DNA from: a virus
Taxonomy: Duplodnaviria; Caudoviricetes
Direction: 5' to 3' (one strand)
Length of the DNA: 38,775 bases
Virus record (IMG/VR): IMGVR_UViG_3300034001_000024
Coordinates: 1 to 38,775 of that record
Part shown: positions 8,715-18,855 of the stretch, in pieces
How the letters are laid out: every line of letters begins with the position of its first letter
Position numbering within the stretch: position 1 is the stretch's first letter
Position numbers and translations under genes: made by a program
Notes under the pieces: generated by a model
Seen by the model: only the letters and a program-made list of their open reading frames with translations
The model's database searches: none
Told to the model about the DNA's origin: nothing

Positions 8715-10978
8715 TACGGCACGGCCCTCCGCTTGCGGAAAGTAGCCTGCTGCGACAGCCACTGGTCTTCGCCCCACGATTCGCTCAGCCCCGTGCAGAT
8801 GAACAATCCCTGGTCACCATCACGATCAAAGATGCGGCGCACTTCCGTGCGGTTCAGCGTGAAATCAGGATCGGGTAACTGCAGCGTGGCAATCGGCGGA
8901 TCTGGCTGCATCAGCAGACGAGCGAGCGGCAACGCGATAGCGCGCGGCATCTCATCAGCATCGAATGCATCAGCCTTGCGTACTCCCCATTGCGCGATGG
9001 ACGCATCGTCCTTAAGGGTGATGCGTACCTCCGTACCAGCGTGGCTGCCGACGCCACGGCCAATGTCGCTCCCGCGTTCTCCGTAGCCATATTGGTAGCG
9101 CCGTCTCTTTTTTTCGACTACAGGCTTGCCCGTGCGCGTCCAGCTCTGAGAGTATTTTATGTTGTCCGTTACCAGATCGTGGATGGAGGTGTCCTGCAGC
9201 GTGAGTCCATCATCCGTTGCGATGTTGCGCTCAATGATGAGTTCAATTTCTCCCCAGTCCACTGTGTATGGGATGTCTTCAGTGTTCGAGAAGATCTGTC
9301 CAGTGTTGGCCTGCAAGGCAGGCGTAGATTTTGGCATGGGCACGCCATTTCGTACGACATCTTGCGTTACGATCAGCCCTGATTTGTAGGTGGCCGTGCG
9401 CGTCTGCACATACTCGCCATTTCGGTTCTCCCACTGGATCTGGCAGCGCTCCTCCTGCAACGTCCCCAGCTCATCTCCCTGATCGTCAGGGATCTTGCCG
9501 GTGATGGATTTGAAGTGTCCGATCTTCAGTTTTCCGGCGTAGTAGCTTTGCAGCGACTCGGCCGACATAATCTCGCCGCCGCGCTCAAACTGGCGCATGA
9601 CGGACAAAACTTGCGACGAGAGAATCACCTCAGGATTCGACTTCGATCTGAAGTCGATGTCGGTGCGCCATTCCGTAGTGGTCACATCGCCATCAATGTT
9701 AACTACCGGAGGGTACGTGAACGTCGTCGAGAATACATAATCGTCCTGCCCGCCACTTAGCGTGGATGCATCTGCCTGGGCATCGACAGCATCATCATAA
9801 ATCTGCTGCGCCTGCGCTATCACGACCGGGTCGCCATCGTCCTGCGCGTGTTCGAGGGCGATATCTGCCCACGCGACCGCCTTGGCCGCCAGCCATACCG
9901 CCGCGCCACCATCATCGTTAGCGATGGCCTGTTGCGTTGCTGTGAGAAGGCTCTGCGCGTACTCGATAAGCGTCGCGGTGAGTGCCGTCGTCTCGTCTGG
10001 AGGAGCAGTAACGGCGCGATAGTCCTCCCATCCGACAGCCACGTCAGCGCCGTTGTGCCGGTAGATCACATCGATCAGATTTACGATCTCATCGCTGCCA
10101 TCGGAGATAGATGGGAACGCCTGGCTGAGATGCAGTTCAGGCGGGGCATAGCCTTCCGGCAGTTCCCATTCCGGCTGTTTCACCTCGATGGTGTTTGCTA
10201 CCTCATCCTCTTTCCAGATCGGCTCATGCGGCAGCAGGCGTGCGGAGATAGCCTCGTACCAGCCGCCCGACGGCGCAACGTCCAGCCGTCCGATGGGGTA
10301 GTCGGGGATGGTCATCAACGCATCGGTGAATCCACATCCATCTTCCAGGCAGCGCTCCAGCAGATCCTGCAGGGTGAGGCCGGTGTTCGCCTCGTACACC
10401 GGATGGATGCGGTTGCCGTCTTCGTCGAAGGGCAGATCCTCTTCGTTGACTACCAACTCTTGCGGCAGTGCGGCTGCGAGCGCGGCGGCCACAAATGCCG
10501 GCTGGTTGTCCTGATCGACCACCACTGGCTGCGTGTCGAGAATCCGTTGCGCGATGGCTTCGCCAGTCGTGCCGTTGTTGATTCGGTTGGCATCGTAGAT
10601 GATGTGCTGCGTGTCGGGCGCGCGGCGGCAACGCTCGGCCATATAGCTCACGCAGTCGATGGTCAGTACATCCAGCGGCGCTCCCGTCTGCTCGTCGATG
10701 CCGGTTTGGAACCGGCGCCGCGCGACAGTGCCCTTAAAGCGGGTCACCGTCTCAACTCCGATGGTGTTCGTGACGCGAACTTTGTACTCGACGGCAGCGC
10801 CGATGGCGGCCGTCGCGCGATAACCCGCATCGAGTGTGATGGAGAGCACTTTGCCGGGCCGGCCTTCCGGCACATCCATGTTTCCACCGACAGTCAGCAC
10901 GAGCGCGCCACCGATGTAGAACAGCGGCAGGAACTCGGAGTCGCCATGATTGCGTGCGTAGTCGAGTACAGCGCCCAT
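8714..10978 (-). CDS. Tail tip / baseplate hub-like protein (754 aa)
   Basis: Large acidic beta-rich ORF two genes after the tape measure; DDASIAQWG motif typical of tail hub proteins. Confidence 0.65.
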   Translation of the reverse strand: MGAVLDYARNHGDSEFLPLFYIGGALVLTVGGNMDVPEGRPGKVLSITLDAGYRATAAIGAAVEYKVRVTNTIGVETVTRFKGTVARRRFQTGIDEQTGAPLDVLTIDCVSYMAERCRRAPDTQHIIYDANRINNGTTGEAIAQRILDTQPVVVDQDNQPAFVAAALAAALPQELVVNEEDLPFDEDGNRIHPVYEANTGLTLQDLLERCLEDGCGFTDALMTIPDYPIGRLDVAPSGGWYEAISARLLPHEPIWKEDEVANTIEVKQPEWELPEGYAPPELHLSQAFPSISDGSDEIVNLIDVIYRHNGADVAVGWEDYRAVTAPPDETTALTATLIEYAQSLLTATQQAIANDDGGAAVWLAAKAVAWADIALEHAQDDGDPVVIAQAQQIYDDAVDAQADASTLSGGQDDYVFSTTFTYPPVVNIDGDVTTTEWRTDIDFRSKSNPEVILSSQVLSVMRQFERGGEIMSAESLQSYYAGKLKIGHFKSITGKIPDDQGDELGTLQEERCQIQWENRNGEYVQTRTATYKSGLIVTQDVVRNGVPMPKSTPALQANTGQIFSNTEDIPYTVDWGEIELIIERNIATDDGLTLQDTSIHDLVTDNIKYSQSWTRTGKPVVEKKRRRYQYGYGERGSDIGRGVGSHAGTEVRITLKDDASIAQWGVRKADAFDADEMPRAIALPLARLLMQPDPPIATLQLPDPDFTLNRTEVRRIFDRDGDQGLFICTGLSESWGEDQWLSQQATFRKRRAVP

Positions 10979-11388
10979 TAGCTCCAGGCTCCATCCACTT
11001 CGAGAGTGATCTTCACATCAGCAACGTAACCGTCCGTCTCCTCATCGGCATAATCGATCTCGACAAGGCTCACGGCCAGATCCACGTTGCGGCTGGCATT
11101 CGTGCCCTGCAGCCGGACAGATGAGAACGCTGCCATCGCCGAGTTGATGGCCGTCTCAATGGCCGCCAGCTTCGCCATCGGCAGCCAGGGCGTTTGCAGC
11201 ACCAGATGTTCGCCCTTCTGCCCGACATTGAGAAGGAAACGCCGCCGCAGCGAGCCATCGGCCATGCGCGAGGCGCGCGTGCGGTGGACGATGCCGAGCC
11301 GATCAGAGCCGGACAGATCGCAGCGCAGCGCCGTGCCGCCCGTATCGGTCAGCGCCACTCCTGCTAAGCTGCCCTCAAAGTTCCACAT
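10978..11388 (-). CDS. Putative distal tail protein
   Basis: Position directly after the tape measure; contains RMADGSLRR motif; translationally coupled to the next gene. Confidence 0.55.
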   Translation of the reverse strand: MWNFEGSLAGVALTDTGGTALRCDLSGSDRLGIVHRTRASRMADGSLRRRFLLNVGQKGEHLVLQTPWLPMAKLAAIETAINSAMAAFSSVRLQGTNASRNVDLAVSLVEIDYADEETDGYVADVKITLEVDGAWS

Positions 11389-11393
11389 ATCTG

Positions 11394-13382
11394 CTACCTG
11401 CTACTCGGCCCCGCCAGCGATACGCTCGACTGGCCGTCCAGCCCGTTCAGTTGAATCTTCACGATGCCCTCTTTGTTGAGCGCATCTGTGTTGCGCTCGA
11501 TGGCGCGCGTCATCGCCTCACTCGACTTTAGCTCTTGCTGGATGCGCTCATCGGCGCGCTGCTCAGCCTGCTCCTTGCGCTGGGCATCGCGCTCGTAGAT
11601 GTCCGCGAGCGCGCGCTTCAGATCATCCGGCAGCTTCTGTATTTCGATTGCCGATGACTTGATGGCGCTCTCGACAGATCTATCGTATCCCGCCTGTGAC
11701 GCATCCTGGTTCAGCCCTCTGTTTTGCTCGTACGTCCGTTGCGCGACGGCAATATCTTCACGCAGGTTATCGAGCTGTCTCCGCTCCTCCGGTGAGAGTT
11801 GCGACTGCGTCGTCTGGGGTCGCCATATCGGGATGTCAGAGGATGATCGGTTGCCGACAGAGCCGGTGTCGATGCTAGGGGATGCAGACTGGCCTCGGAT
11901 GTCGCGCGCCGCCTGCCGCAGATCGTTGGCCTGTAAGGCAGTATCGAAACGCGCGTTGATGCGCTCGATGTCCGCGACCTGCTTTTCGATCTCCTGTAGC
12001 TGGCGGACGATGGATTGGCCAGCCGCGCCGAACTCGCGCTCGATGCTCTGCGCCGCCTTGATGGCGTTGGTTTCGATGCCGATGAACGGATTGTCCTGCT
12101 CCAGCCGGGTGAACGTGCTGCCGATGTTGCCGCGCAGCTTCTCGTAGATGGAGACGAGTCGCTTGGCATGCTCTTCAGTTGCCTTCTCGCGCTCCTTCTG
12201 CGCTTGCGCCTGAATCTTCTTGATCTGCTCCTCGACCTGCTGGTACGCCTTGGGTCGATTCTTTTCAGCATCCTCAGCCTGCTTCTTTTGCTGATCCGCG
12301 ATCCTCTGGTTCTGCTGCGTGAGTTGCTCGATCCGTCGCGCCTGGATCTTGTTCGGATCGGTGGCATCACCGATAAATTCGAGGCCGGGTATTTTCGAGA
12401 GCAGATAGCTTGTAATAGGGCCGCCGGTCGCAACCGTCGTAGCGCCAGCAGTGATGTAGTCCAGCGTGCGGCTGAATTCGGAGTTGGCTTGCTCTTCGGC
12501 GATCTGCTTCGGCGTCAGCCCTTTTGCCAGCTTCTCGCGGACTTCATCAGCGTTGATGGAGATGGACTTCAGCAGTCCGTTGACCGTGCTCAGGAAGTTT
12601 TGAAACTCCATCGAGCCTGTCACCGTGGTGCCGATCTGCGCGTACAGATCTTCGAGCCGCTTAGTGGCTGTCGCCATCTGGCCGTCCGCATCCTTCAGGC
12701 GCTCGGCCGCAGCGCCCGCATTCTGTTCACCGAGCTTCACCACGGCGTTCACACGGATCTGCGCCTTCTCCATCTCGGAGAGCGAATCGGTTGTGCGTCC
12801 GACTGATGCTGCGTAGTCTTTATATAGGCCGGATGGGTCTTTCAGGCCGAGTCGGTTGAGTGCTTCATCCTGTCCCGACACGAGTTGCGAGACGAGCGTG
12901 CTGATGTCTTCGCCCTTGAGTCCCTTCGCTGCTGCGACATCGGCGAATCTCTGCGAGATCGTATTGAGCTGTCCGGTCTGGCCAGAGTTCTTTGTGAGCG
13001 TGATAAGGCTTGAGTAGGTCTTCTGCGCTTCGCTGTTCGAGATGGCTAACTGCTCGCCGAGTTTGCGCGCGCCATCAGCAGCCTGCGAATAGACGATGCC
13101 GGCGCCGGTCGCTGAGGATGTGATTTGACGGTTGGCGGCGGCGGCATCATTGGATGCTTGGATGATGTCCTTGCCGTACTTGATGGCGGCAGCGCCCGCG
13201 AGTCCCCACGCGGCTGTGACGGCAGAGATGCCGGGGATCATGCTGCTGGTCGCCGAGTTCGATACGCCGGCCGATCCACGGAGCGAGGAGTTGACGCCGC
13301 TGATCTTGACTTCGAGCGTCCTCAGCTGACCGTCGAGCCCGCTCATATCCAGCCTTACTCTGACGGTCGCTTCGTTGCCCAT
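11394..13382 (-). CDS. Tail tape measure protein (662 aa)
   Basis: Long Ala/Gln-rich helical ORF after the chaperone pair; N-terminus ATVRVRLDMSGL. Confidence 0.85.
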   Translation of the reverse strand: MGNEATVRVRLDMSGLDGQLRTLEVKISGVNSSLRGSAGVSNSATSSMIPGISAVTAAWGLAGAAAIKYGKDIIQASNDAAAANRQITSSATGAGIVYSQAADGARKLGEQLAISNSEAQKTYSSLITLTKNSGQTGQLNTISQRFADVAAAKGLKGEDISTLVSQLVSGQDEALNRLGLKDPSGLYKDYAASVGRTTDSLSEMEKAQIRVNAVVKLGEQNAGAAAERLKDADGQMATATKRLEDLYAQIGTTVTGSMEFQNFLSTVNGLLKSISINADEVREKLAKGLTPKQIAEEQANSEFSRTLDYITAGATTVATGGPITSYLLSKIPGLEFIGDATDPNKIQARRIEQLTQQNQRIADQQKKQAEDAEKNRPKAYQQVEEQIKKIQAQAQKEREKATEEHAKRLVSIYEKLRGNIGSTFTRLEQDNPFIGIETNAIKAAQSIEREFGAAGQSIVRQLQEIEKQVADIERINARFDTALQANDLRQAARDIRGQSASPSIDTGSVGNRSSSDIPIWRPQTTQSQLSPEERRQLDNLREDIAVAQRTYEQNRGLNQDASQAGYDRSVESAIKSSAIEIQKLPDDLKRALADIYERDAQRKEQAEQRADERIQQELKSSEAMTRAIERNTDALNKEGIVKIQLNGLDGQSSVSLAGPSSR

Positions 13383-13400
13383 TAACCAGCCCCTTGCTCG

Positions 13401-13775
13401 TTACTTGCTCCCGGATTTGTCCGGTTTGTTCCACATGCGATGCTCCAGCTTCCGCTCCTCATCTCGGAAGATGTTGAGCATCTCGATTGTCAGATCGTCC
13501 GCATCCGGCGGATAGCCCTTGCCCTCAAGCTCCGCGTTGATCTGCGAGGTGATGCCGACCTGGATTCGCAGATCATCAACGCTCCATCCGTCCGTGTTCG
13601 GCTCGCCGTGCCGCGTGCCATCTTTCGTGCCGCAAAACATCCTCAGATATTTCAGGATGTTCTGCTCCAGTTCCTTCTGCCCTCTCTTTTTCGGGCAGAT
13701 AGCGCAGCCATCTGGATCGCTCGGCGGCAGGTGCGTCTTGGCGCAACTCATCGGGCAATCCAGGAACGGCAGCAT
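13401..13775 (-). CDS. Tail assembly chaperone, T-like part (probably made as a frameshift fusion with the upstream ORF)
   Basis: Lies between the G-like ORF and the tape measure; its frame stays open upstream of the ATG into the end of the preceding gene. Confidence 0.6.
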   Translation of the reverse strand: MLPFLDCPMSCAKTHLPPSDPDGCAICPKKRGQKELEQNILKYLRMFCGTKDGTRHGEPNTDGWSVDDLRIQVGITSQINAELEGKGYPPDADDLTIEMLNIFRDEERKLEHRMWNKPDKSGSK

Positions 13776-13815
13776 GCTCTTGTCGCGCAGCCGCTCGCCG
13801 TGCTCCAGTAGCGCC

Positions 13816-14232
13816 CTAGTTACTGCCCTGAGTGCTTTTGGGAAACGTCGCGGCAGGTTTTACAACCTGCCAGTATCCTTTCCACACGTCATCGAGCAGT
13901 TCGCGGTTGGCCGCATCGCCGAAGTACTCGCGCGTACGCGCGGCCAGCGGCCGCTCATCAACAGGAAAATCCTCCACGTTCTCCGGCTCGCCGACCATCA
14001 AGTCGCAGAGGCAATCCAGCTTGTGCTCGTCGACTTTCTTGTCGATCTCATCCTGCTTCTGGCCCAGAAACTCGCGCCGCTTGGTAGCCATCATCGTGGA
14101 CATCGTGCGCCGCAGCGGGAACACCATCGAGCCATCGGCGAAGGTTACGATCTCCAGTTCGATGGTTTTGTTTCTGCTGTAGCCGGGCTGCCTCGCCGGC
14201 TGCTCCTGCTGCTCTTTGGTCTGATCTTCCAT
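13816..14232 (-). CDS. Tail assembly chaperone, G-like
   Basis: Position immediately after the tail tube gene; ends with slippery TTTCCCAAAA. Confidence 0.7.
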   Translation of the reverse strand: MEDQTKEQQEQPARQPGYSRNKTIELEIVTFADGSMVFPLRRTMSTMMATKRREFLGQKQDEIDKKVDEHKLDCLCDLMVGEPENVEDFPVDERPLAARTREYFGDAANRELLDDVWKGYWQVVKPAATFPKSTQGSN

Positions 14233-14275
14233 TACCCTTTGATCTCCTTACTACGATCTCCGTATCTCCGTTCGT

Positions 14276-14318
14276 AAAAGAAGGGCGGTGCGGCCGGAGA
14301 TTAGAACCACACCGCCCT
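14276..14318 (-). terminator. Intrinsic terminator after the tail tube gene
   Basis: Stem AGGGCGGTG/CACCGCCCT followed by TCTTTT on the minus strand. Confidence 0.6.
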
Positions 14319-14343
14319 GCTCGCGCGAGAAGCGCTCGAAACC

Positions 14344-15351
14344 TTATGCCGCTGCCGGCAGGTACTGCTGCGCCACGGTGTTGCGCGCCGTGACGGTGCT
14401 GACCACTCCCGCAGATTTCATCGGAACGACATTAACCTTCGTCACCAGCGGGCGCTGATCGCCTTCAGGCGTAACATTCCCCTCGAAGCGCGCCTTCGGA
14501 TAAGCGAACTGGATGAAGTTTGTGGTCGTGCCGCAGCGCCGTACGACGTTGTGGTCGGTCTGCGTACCGGCCTCCACTTCCGTGCTGATGGCGTGGTCGG
14601 GATCAATCGAAAGGGTCAGGCTCATGCGGTCGTTACGCCGCGCGCCACGGTGCGCTCTGGTCGGATTCTGGCCGGCGTTCGTGAAGCGATAGCGCCCTTC
14701 ACGCAACTGGTTGTCGTAGCTGATGCGGCTGTCGAATAAAACGCTCTGGATGCTGCCGCCATCGACCGTCATTTCGCTGTCGGCCGTGTCGAGCACGGTC
14801 CCGGCGTCCGAGCATGCAGGCGGCGTGTAGTCGGCGACCGGCGTGACTATCGGGTAGAAGTCCAGCACCACATCCATGTAGAAGTAATCGCCGTCGTCGC
14901 CGATGATCTCGAACGAGACGCAACGCACTGCGCGCAACTCGCGCGCATCAACATCGTCCTGCCCCGCGCCGGCGATGATCATCGTCGTGGGCGGCAACTC
15001 GAAGTCGTATGCAGGCGTGCGTGCCGATGTGTGCGTGTACGTGCCATCGCCGTTGGCGACCGGCGCAGCAGATGTGCCGCGCGCTGCTGCGATGAACGCA
15101 TAGGCAGTGTCGGCTTTGAGCTTCAGCCGCAGCTGCAGCTTCGCCGTCTGCCGGCGCACCTTGCGGTCGGCCATGTCCTCATCCGTGCAGTCATAAGTCT
15201 CTTTGAACTCGCGCGTGATCTCGAACCAGTTCTTGGAATCGGCTGTGGCCGGCACTACCGCCGTCAGGTTCGCATGGTTGAGCGCGGTCGTGTCATCGGC
15301 CTGCTTCATCCATCGCGGATGCATCACCAGCACTAACTGTTCAGCTAACAT
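14344..15351 (-). CDS. Major tail tube protein
   Basis: 335-aa beta-rich ORF (YTHT...PPTTM pattern) between head-completion genes and chaperones, followed by a terminator. Confidence 0.75.
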   Translation of the reverse strand: MLAEQLVLVMHPRWMKQADDTTALNHANLTAVVPATADSKNWFEITREFKETYDCTDEDMADRKVRRQTAKLQLRLKLKADTAYAFIAAARGTSAAPVANGDGTYTHTSARTPAYDFELPPTTMIIAGAGQDDVDARELRAVRCVSFEIIGDDGDYFYMDVVLDFYPIVTPVADYTPPACSDAGTVLDTADSEMTVDGGSIQSVLFDSRISYDNQLREGRYRFTNAGQNPTRAHRGARRNDRMSLTLSIDPDHAISTEVEAGTQTDHNVVRRCGTTTNFIQFAYPKARFEGNVTPEGDQRPLVTKVNVVPMKSAGVVSTVTARNTVAQQYLPAAA

Positions 15352-15407
15352 GATTGTCTACCCTCGTGATGAAAGTTACTGGCGGCGCCCGGCCGCCACG
15401 TCGTGCC

Positions 15408-15671
15408 TCAGCCCTGCGCGTCCAGTAGCTCGTAGTGCGTGCCGTATAGCGCTGCCACGATGCTCGCTTTCGGCTCATACCAGCCGGCCGCCTGCTTCTC
15501 TTTCGCGTCTGGCAGCACGATGCCTTTGTAGCCAAGATCGCCGAGCGTGATCGGCTCTGCGCCTTCTTTCAGCCTGATGTTCGCCTTCTGCGTCTGTTCG
15601 CTCATCGCGCCCTCCGTCTCTTGCACACTAGCATCTGAATCAGGGGCTGCTTCGCCCTTGCGTCTCGCCAT
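15408..15671 (-). CDS. Hypothetical virion-module protein
   Basis: Translationally coupled ORF in the head-tail operon. Confidence 0.6.
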   Translation of the reverse strand: MARRKGEAAPDSDASVQETEGAMSEQTQKANIRLKEGAEPITLGDLGYKGIVLPDAKEKQAAGWYEPKASIVAALYGTHYELLDAQG

Positions 15672-16192
15672 CAGTTCACCCTCACTTCCACTTCGATATC
15701 CAAGATGTGCCCGGGCTGATCGGTCGTTCCGAAGTAACGATCGAACGGGTCCAAGAGCGGCCCATCGGCGATCTCCGCGCGCTGCACCCGGCAGTTGCGA
15801 TAGCCGAGATTGCTGCTGGCGTACAGCGCATCAATCGCCTTCAGTACCGCATCCAGGATCGAGTCGCTGCTGTTGTCGTTGTCGCCGAAGTCGTAAAAGG
15901 ACTGCAGGCATCGGATGAGATACTTGAGCGTGCCGCTATGGCAGATCTCAGGGACGTTCCTTCCCGATAGCCCATCCTGCAAGATGAAAAGCCCACGCAA
16001 GGACGCGCGGCCCGTCGTGGCGTCCTTATAGCCGAGCAGCCGCTGCCGGTTCACCTGATTCTTGAGATCGGGCACGCGCGTGTAGGTGTTGCGCGCCGCC
16101 GGCACTGCATCGGTGATAGCCTTCTGCATGGCGTCGCGCACCGCCTTCTCAATGGCGCTCCGGCTGCTGGTTGGAAGATTCTGCAGTTCCAT
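15671..16192 (-). CDS. Putative tail terminator / completion protein
   Basis: Position and size; C-terminal beta strand LDIEVEVR. Confidence 0.55.
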   Translation of the reverse strand: MELQNLPTSSRSAIEKAVRDAMQKAITDAVPAARNTYTRVPDLKNQVNRQRLLGYKDATTGRASLRGLFILQDGLSGRNVPEICHSGTLKYLIRCLQSFYDFGDNDNSSDSILDAVLKAIDALYASSNLGYRNCRVQRAEIADGPLLDPFDRYFGTTDQPGHILDIEVEVRVN

Positions 16193-16539
16193 TATCTGTT
16201 CGTCTCCGCAACAGCCGCATCAACCTGATCCTGCACGCTGCTCTCGGCAGCACCGATCTCGCTGTTAAATGCCGCCTCGAGGAAATGCTTCTTTCGCTCC
16301 TGAAAGACCGTGTATGGCGCGCGTCCGAACACCGTCAGCAGGAAGCCCGCGCCATCGTCGACCAGTTCGTACGTGATCTGGCTTGCCATGAAGCCTGTGC
16401 GCTTCGGAGCGTTGGCAGCAGCCGTTTGCGCGAACCGCAGGCCGGCTCTGTTTCCTGCGCCGCGCAGGTTGCGCCGTATCGCGCCCGGAAGCGCGTGCAG
16501 GCCGTCTAGCTTCAGATCGACATCGAACTGAACATTCAT
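16192..16539 (-). CDS. HK97 gp10-like neck / tail completion protein
   Basis: APKRTGFMASQI...APYTVFQE...FLEAA motif; ATGA overlap with the upstream gene. Confidence 0.75.
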   Translation of the reverse strand: MNVQFDVDLKLDGLHALPGAIRRNLRGAGNRAGLRFAQTAAANAPKRTGFMASQITYELVDDGAGFLLTVFGRAPYTVFQERKKHFLEAAFNSEIGAAESSVQDQVDAAVAETNR

Positions 16540-17198
16540 CGCCGCTCCTGCAGCGCCTCCTTCCAGCGCTCCAGCACCAGCTTCACGAATGGCGGCAGCG
16601 CTTGCTGGATGGCCGTACCATCCGGCCGGATGATGTCGCCGACGACACCGCTCACCTGCCCATCCTTCGTGCGCCACAATCTTTCAACCAGGCGCCGGCA
16701 CGCCAACTCGATGTCAGCAGGCACTTCGGCATAGCCCCATCTGGCCGTTACCTTGATCGCTTCGCCAACCTGCCAGCCATAATTCCCATACAGCGGATCG
16801 CGGTTGAAATAGCGGTTCCACTTATCGACATCCATCAGCGTGAACGTCGTCGTGGACTCGGCGAGATGCAGGCGCACGATATAGCCATCACGAATCTCGT
16901 AATCAGTCGCTGGATCGTAGTAGTCGGGAAGCGTAACGGTCGCATCGCCGGTGTATGGCGGCAGCCTGATGTAGTCAGTGCCATCTCCATAAAAGGTCTT
17001 CTGCGTTGGCTGCTCGGCTGATGGCTTAAAGTAGCCGGGCGGCACTTTCAGATATGAATCGATGAAGGCGCTGACGGCGTAGACGTAGCCCTCGATGATG
17101 CTGGCCTCATCGGACTGGATGAGCGGATTGTCTTCAATCTGCTCGCCCGACAAGTCCTGCAAGATCTGGCCGAGATTTGTGTACAGGTACGTCGCCAT
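16536..17198 (-). CDS. Head-tail connector / adaptor protein
   Basis: IKVTARWGYAEVPADIELAC motif typical of head-tail adaptors. Confidence 0.75.
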   Translation of the reverse strand: MATYLYTNLGQILQDLSGEQIEDNPLIQSDEASIIEGYVYAVSAFIDSYLKVPPGYFKPSAEQPTQKTFYGDGTDYIRLPPYTGDATVTLPDYYDPATDYEIRDGYIVRLHLAESTTTFTLMDVDKWNRYFNRDPLYGNYGWQVGEAIKVTARWGYAEVPADIELACRRLVERLWRTKDGQVSGVVGDIIRPDGTAIQQALPPFVKLVLERWKEALQERR

Positions 17199-17252
17199 CT
17201 GCGGTCGCCTCGCATATGCGGATAGGCGCACAGTCCCCTGCGCGCCCTCCGG

Positions 17253-17486
17253 TTACTTCGTCTCTGTCGGATTCGATTCCTTCGTCTCTGTCGGGCCGGC
17301 CGTGTTCGTCTTCACGAGGCCAAGCTCGACTGCACGCGCAATCGGCATCACAGTGCCCTTGCGCGCGATGAGAATCTGGCGGCCATCCTTTAGCTTCTCG
17401 GTCACATCTTCCTTGACCGTGTGGAAGCGCGGATCGACAGCCGGCTTCTGCGTGGCCTTCTCGGCCTTGTCTTTCGTCTCTGCCAT
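17253..17486 (-). CDS. Small hypothetical protein after the capsid gene
   Basis: 77 aa with GGAGG RBS; Lys/Glu-rich with GPTETK-NPTETK tail. Confidence 0.7.
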   Translation of the reverse strand: MAETKDKAEKATQKPAVDPRFHTVKEDVTEKLKDGRQILIARKGTVMPIARAVELGLVKTNTAGPTETKESNPTETK

Positions 17487-17514
17487 GGTTTAGTCCTCCG
17501 GAGTATTGCCTATT

Positions 17515-17547
17515 GAAAAGGGCTGCTGCTCATCGGAACAGCAGCCC
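17515..17547 (-). terminator. Intrinsic terminator after the major capsid gene
   Basis: GGGCTGCTG/CAGCAGCCC stem followed by TTTT on the minus strand. Confidence 0.65.
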
Positions 17548-17586
17548 GTAACCCACCCTTTGCTCGCTCGTCAGTGGCCTGATGCT

Positions 17587-18837
17587 CTAGCCATCAAGGC
17601 CGTTGATGTACTCCAACGCATTGCCGCGCGTGACGGCGAATGCCAGCCGGCGCTCCTCAAGAATGCGGATGGCGTTCTTGATGAAGTCCTCGCCGACGTT
17701 TTCGCTCACTCGGATCTCCGACTGCATACGATCCCAAAGGGTCGCAGCCATCAGGAAGTTTCCGACGATGGCCTCCTCAGCCGTGAGCGCGAACGACTCG
17801 ACCACAGGCTTGCGCCACACGGTCAGGCGAACCGGATCGAGTACGTTTAGGTAGCGTCCCTGCCCGTCCTTCTCCAACTCCAGCGCCTCGGCAACCTGCG
17901 GCGAGAGCGCCACAGTGATGTTGTCAAGGAAGAAGGCCAGTTGGACGTCGGTGATCGCCTTGCGGATCGTGTCGCCGATCTTGTCGTTAACAGAGAATGC
18001 GCGTCCCGACACCTTGTGCTCGCGCAACTGGATGCCCGTGCTGTTAATGATGCCGCGCAGGTTCTCACCCGCGCCGTCGCCGCGAACGATCTGCGTCTCC
18101 TCGATCACATCGCCCATGAACTCCAACTCGGTGTCGATGGTGTCGCGCAGCCGGGGCGCATCCATTAGCAGGTTGCGGTGTGCGCGCATCCAGTGCGGGA
18201 TGGTGCGAACCGGCGCCGTCTCGTTCGTGAACTGCAGATCCGACTGCGGCTTGGTAGCCATGTCGGTGTTGCCGGCGTTGCGATCCGCCGTGGGCGCGGC
18301 GTTGTTCGTGCGAACCGACTGCTTGATGAACTCGACGAGATTCGAGTTCGTCTCCTGCCGGTTGACCAGCAGGCGGATGCCGCCGACCGGCTGGCGCTGC
18401 AGCGTGATGACCTCAGGCTGGCGGTCGCGCGCAATTAGTGCGCCACCGGCTGTGCCCGCGCTGTACATGTCCTTGACCTCAACCGACGGAACGGTCGTCG
18501 GCGCGCCGCTCTTGACGGCTTCCTTGAACGTCTCCGAGTTGATGAACTGCGCGCCCTTCGACTGGCGCTGCTCCGGACGGCCCGAATCCTTCGCCTGCCG
18601 CTCGTTGCTGGCCGCATCGAGCAACTCGTCCGTCTCCAGGATGCCCTTGATGCGCTCCACCTCGGTGCGCATGGCTTTGCCGGCAGCCTCCATGTTGTCG
18701 AGCTTCGCCAACTCTTCAGGAGTGACCGTCTCCTTTTTGGCGCGCTTGCCTTCCAGTTGCTCCCAGAGTCCTTTGAACTCGTTCTGGTGCTTCTGCAGTT
18801 CAGCCGCCTTTTCCTTCAGCGTCTGCTTCATGCTCAT
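17587..18837 (-). CDS. Major capsid protein, HK97 fold with N-terminal coiled-coil delta domain
   Basis: GGALI, GDGAGENLRGI, KDGQGRYL, IVGNF and FIKN...EERRL motifs. Confidence 0.93.
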   Translation of the reverse strand: MSMKQTLKEKAAELQKHQNEFKGLWEQLEGKRAKKETVTPEELAKLDNMEAAGKAMRTEVERIKGILETDELLDAASNERQAKDSGRPEQRQSKGAQFINSETFKEAVKSGAPTTVPSVEVKDMYSAGTAGGALIARDRQPEVITLQRQPVGGIRLLVNRQETNSNLVEFIKQSVRTNNAAPTADRNAGNTDMATKPQSDLQFTNETAPVRTIPHWMRAHRNLLMDAPRLRDTIDTELEFMGDVIEETQIVRGDGAGENLRGIINSTGIQLREHKVSGRAFSVNDKIGDTIRKAITDVQLAFFLDNITVALSPQVAEALELEKDGQGRYLNVLDPVRLTVWRKPVVESFALTAEEAIVGNFLMAATLWDRMQSEIRVSENVGEDFIKNAIRILEERRLAFAVTRGNALEYINGLDG

Positions 18838-18855
18838 GATGCGCTCCTTCTGCGC

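Noticed and set aside
7737-10978. Diversity-generating retroelement acting on tail genes
   Set aside because: No reverse transcriptase ORF and no TR/VR repeat pair noticed.
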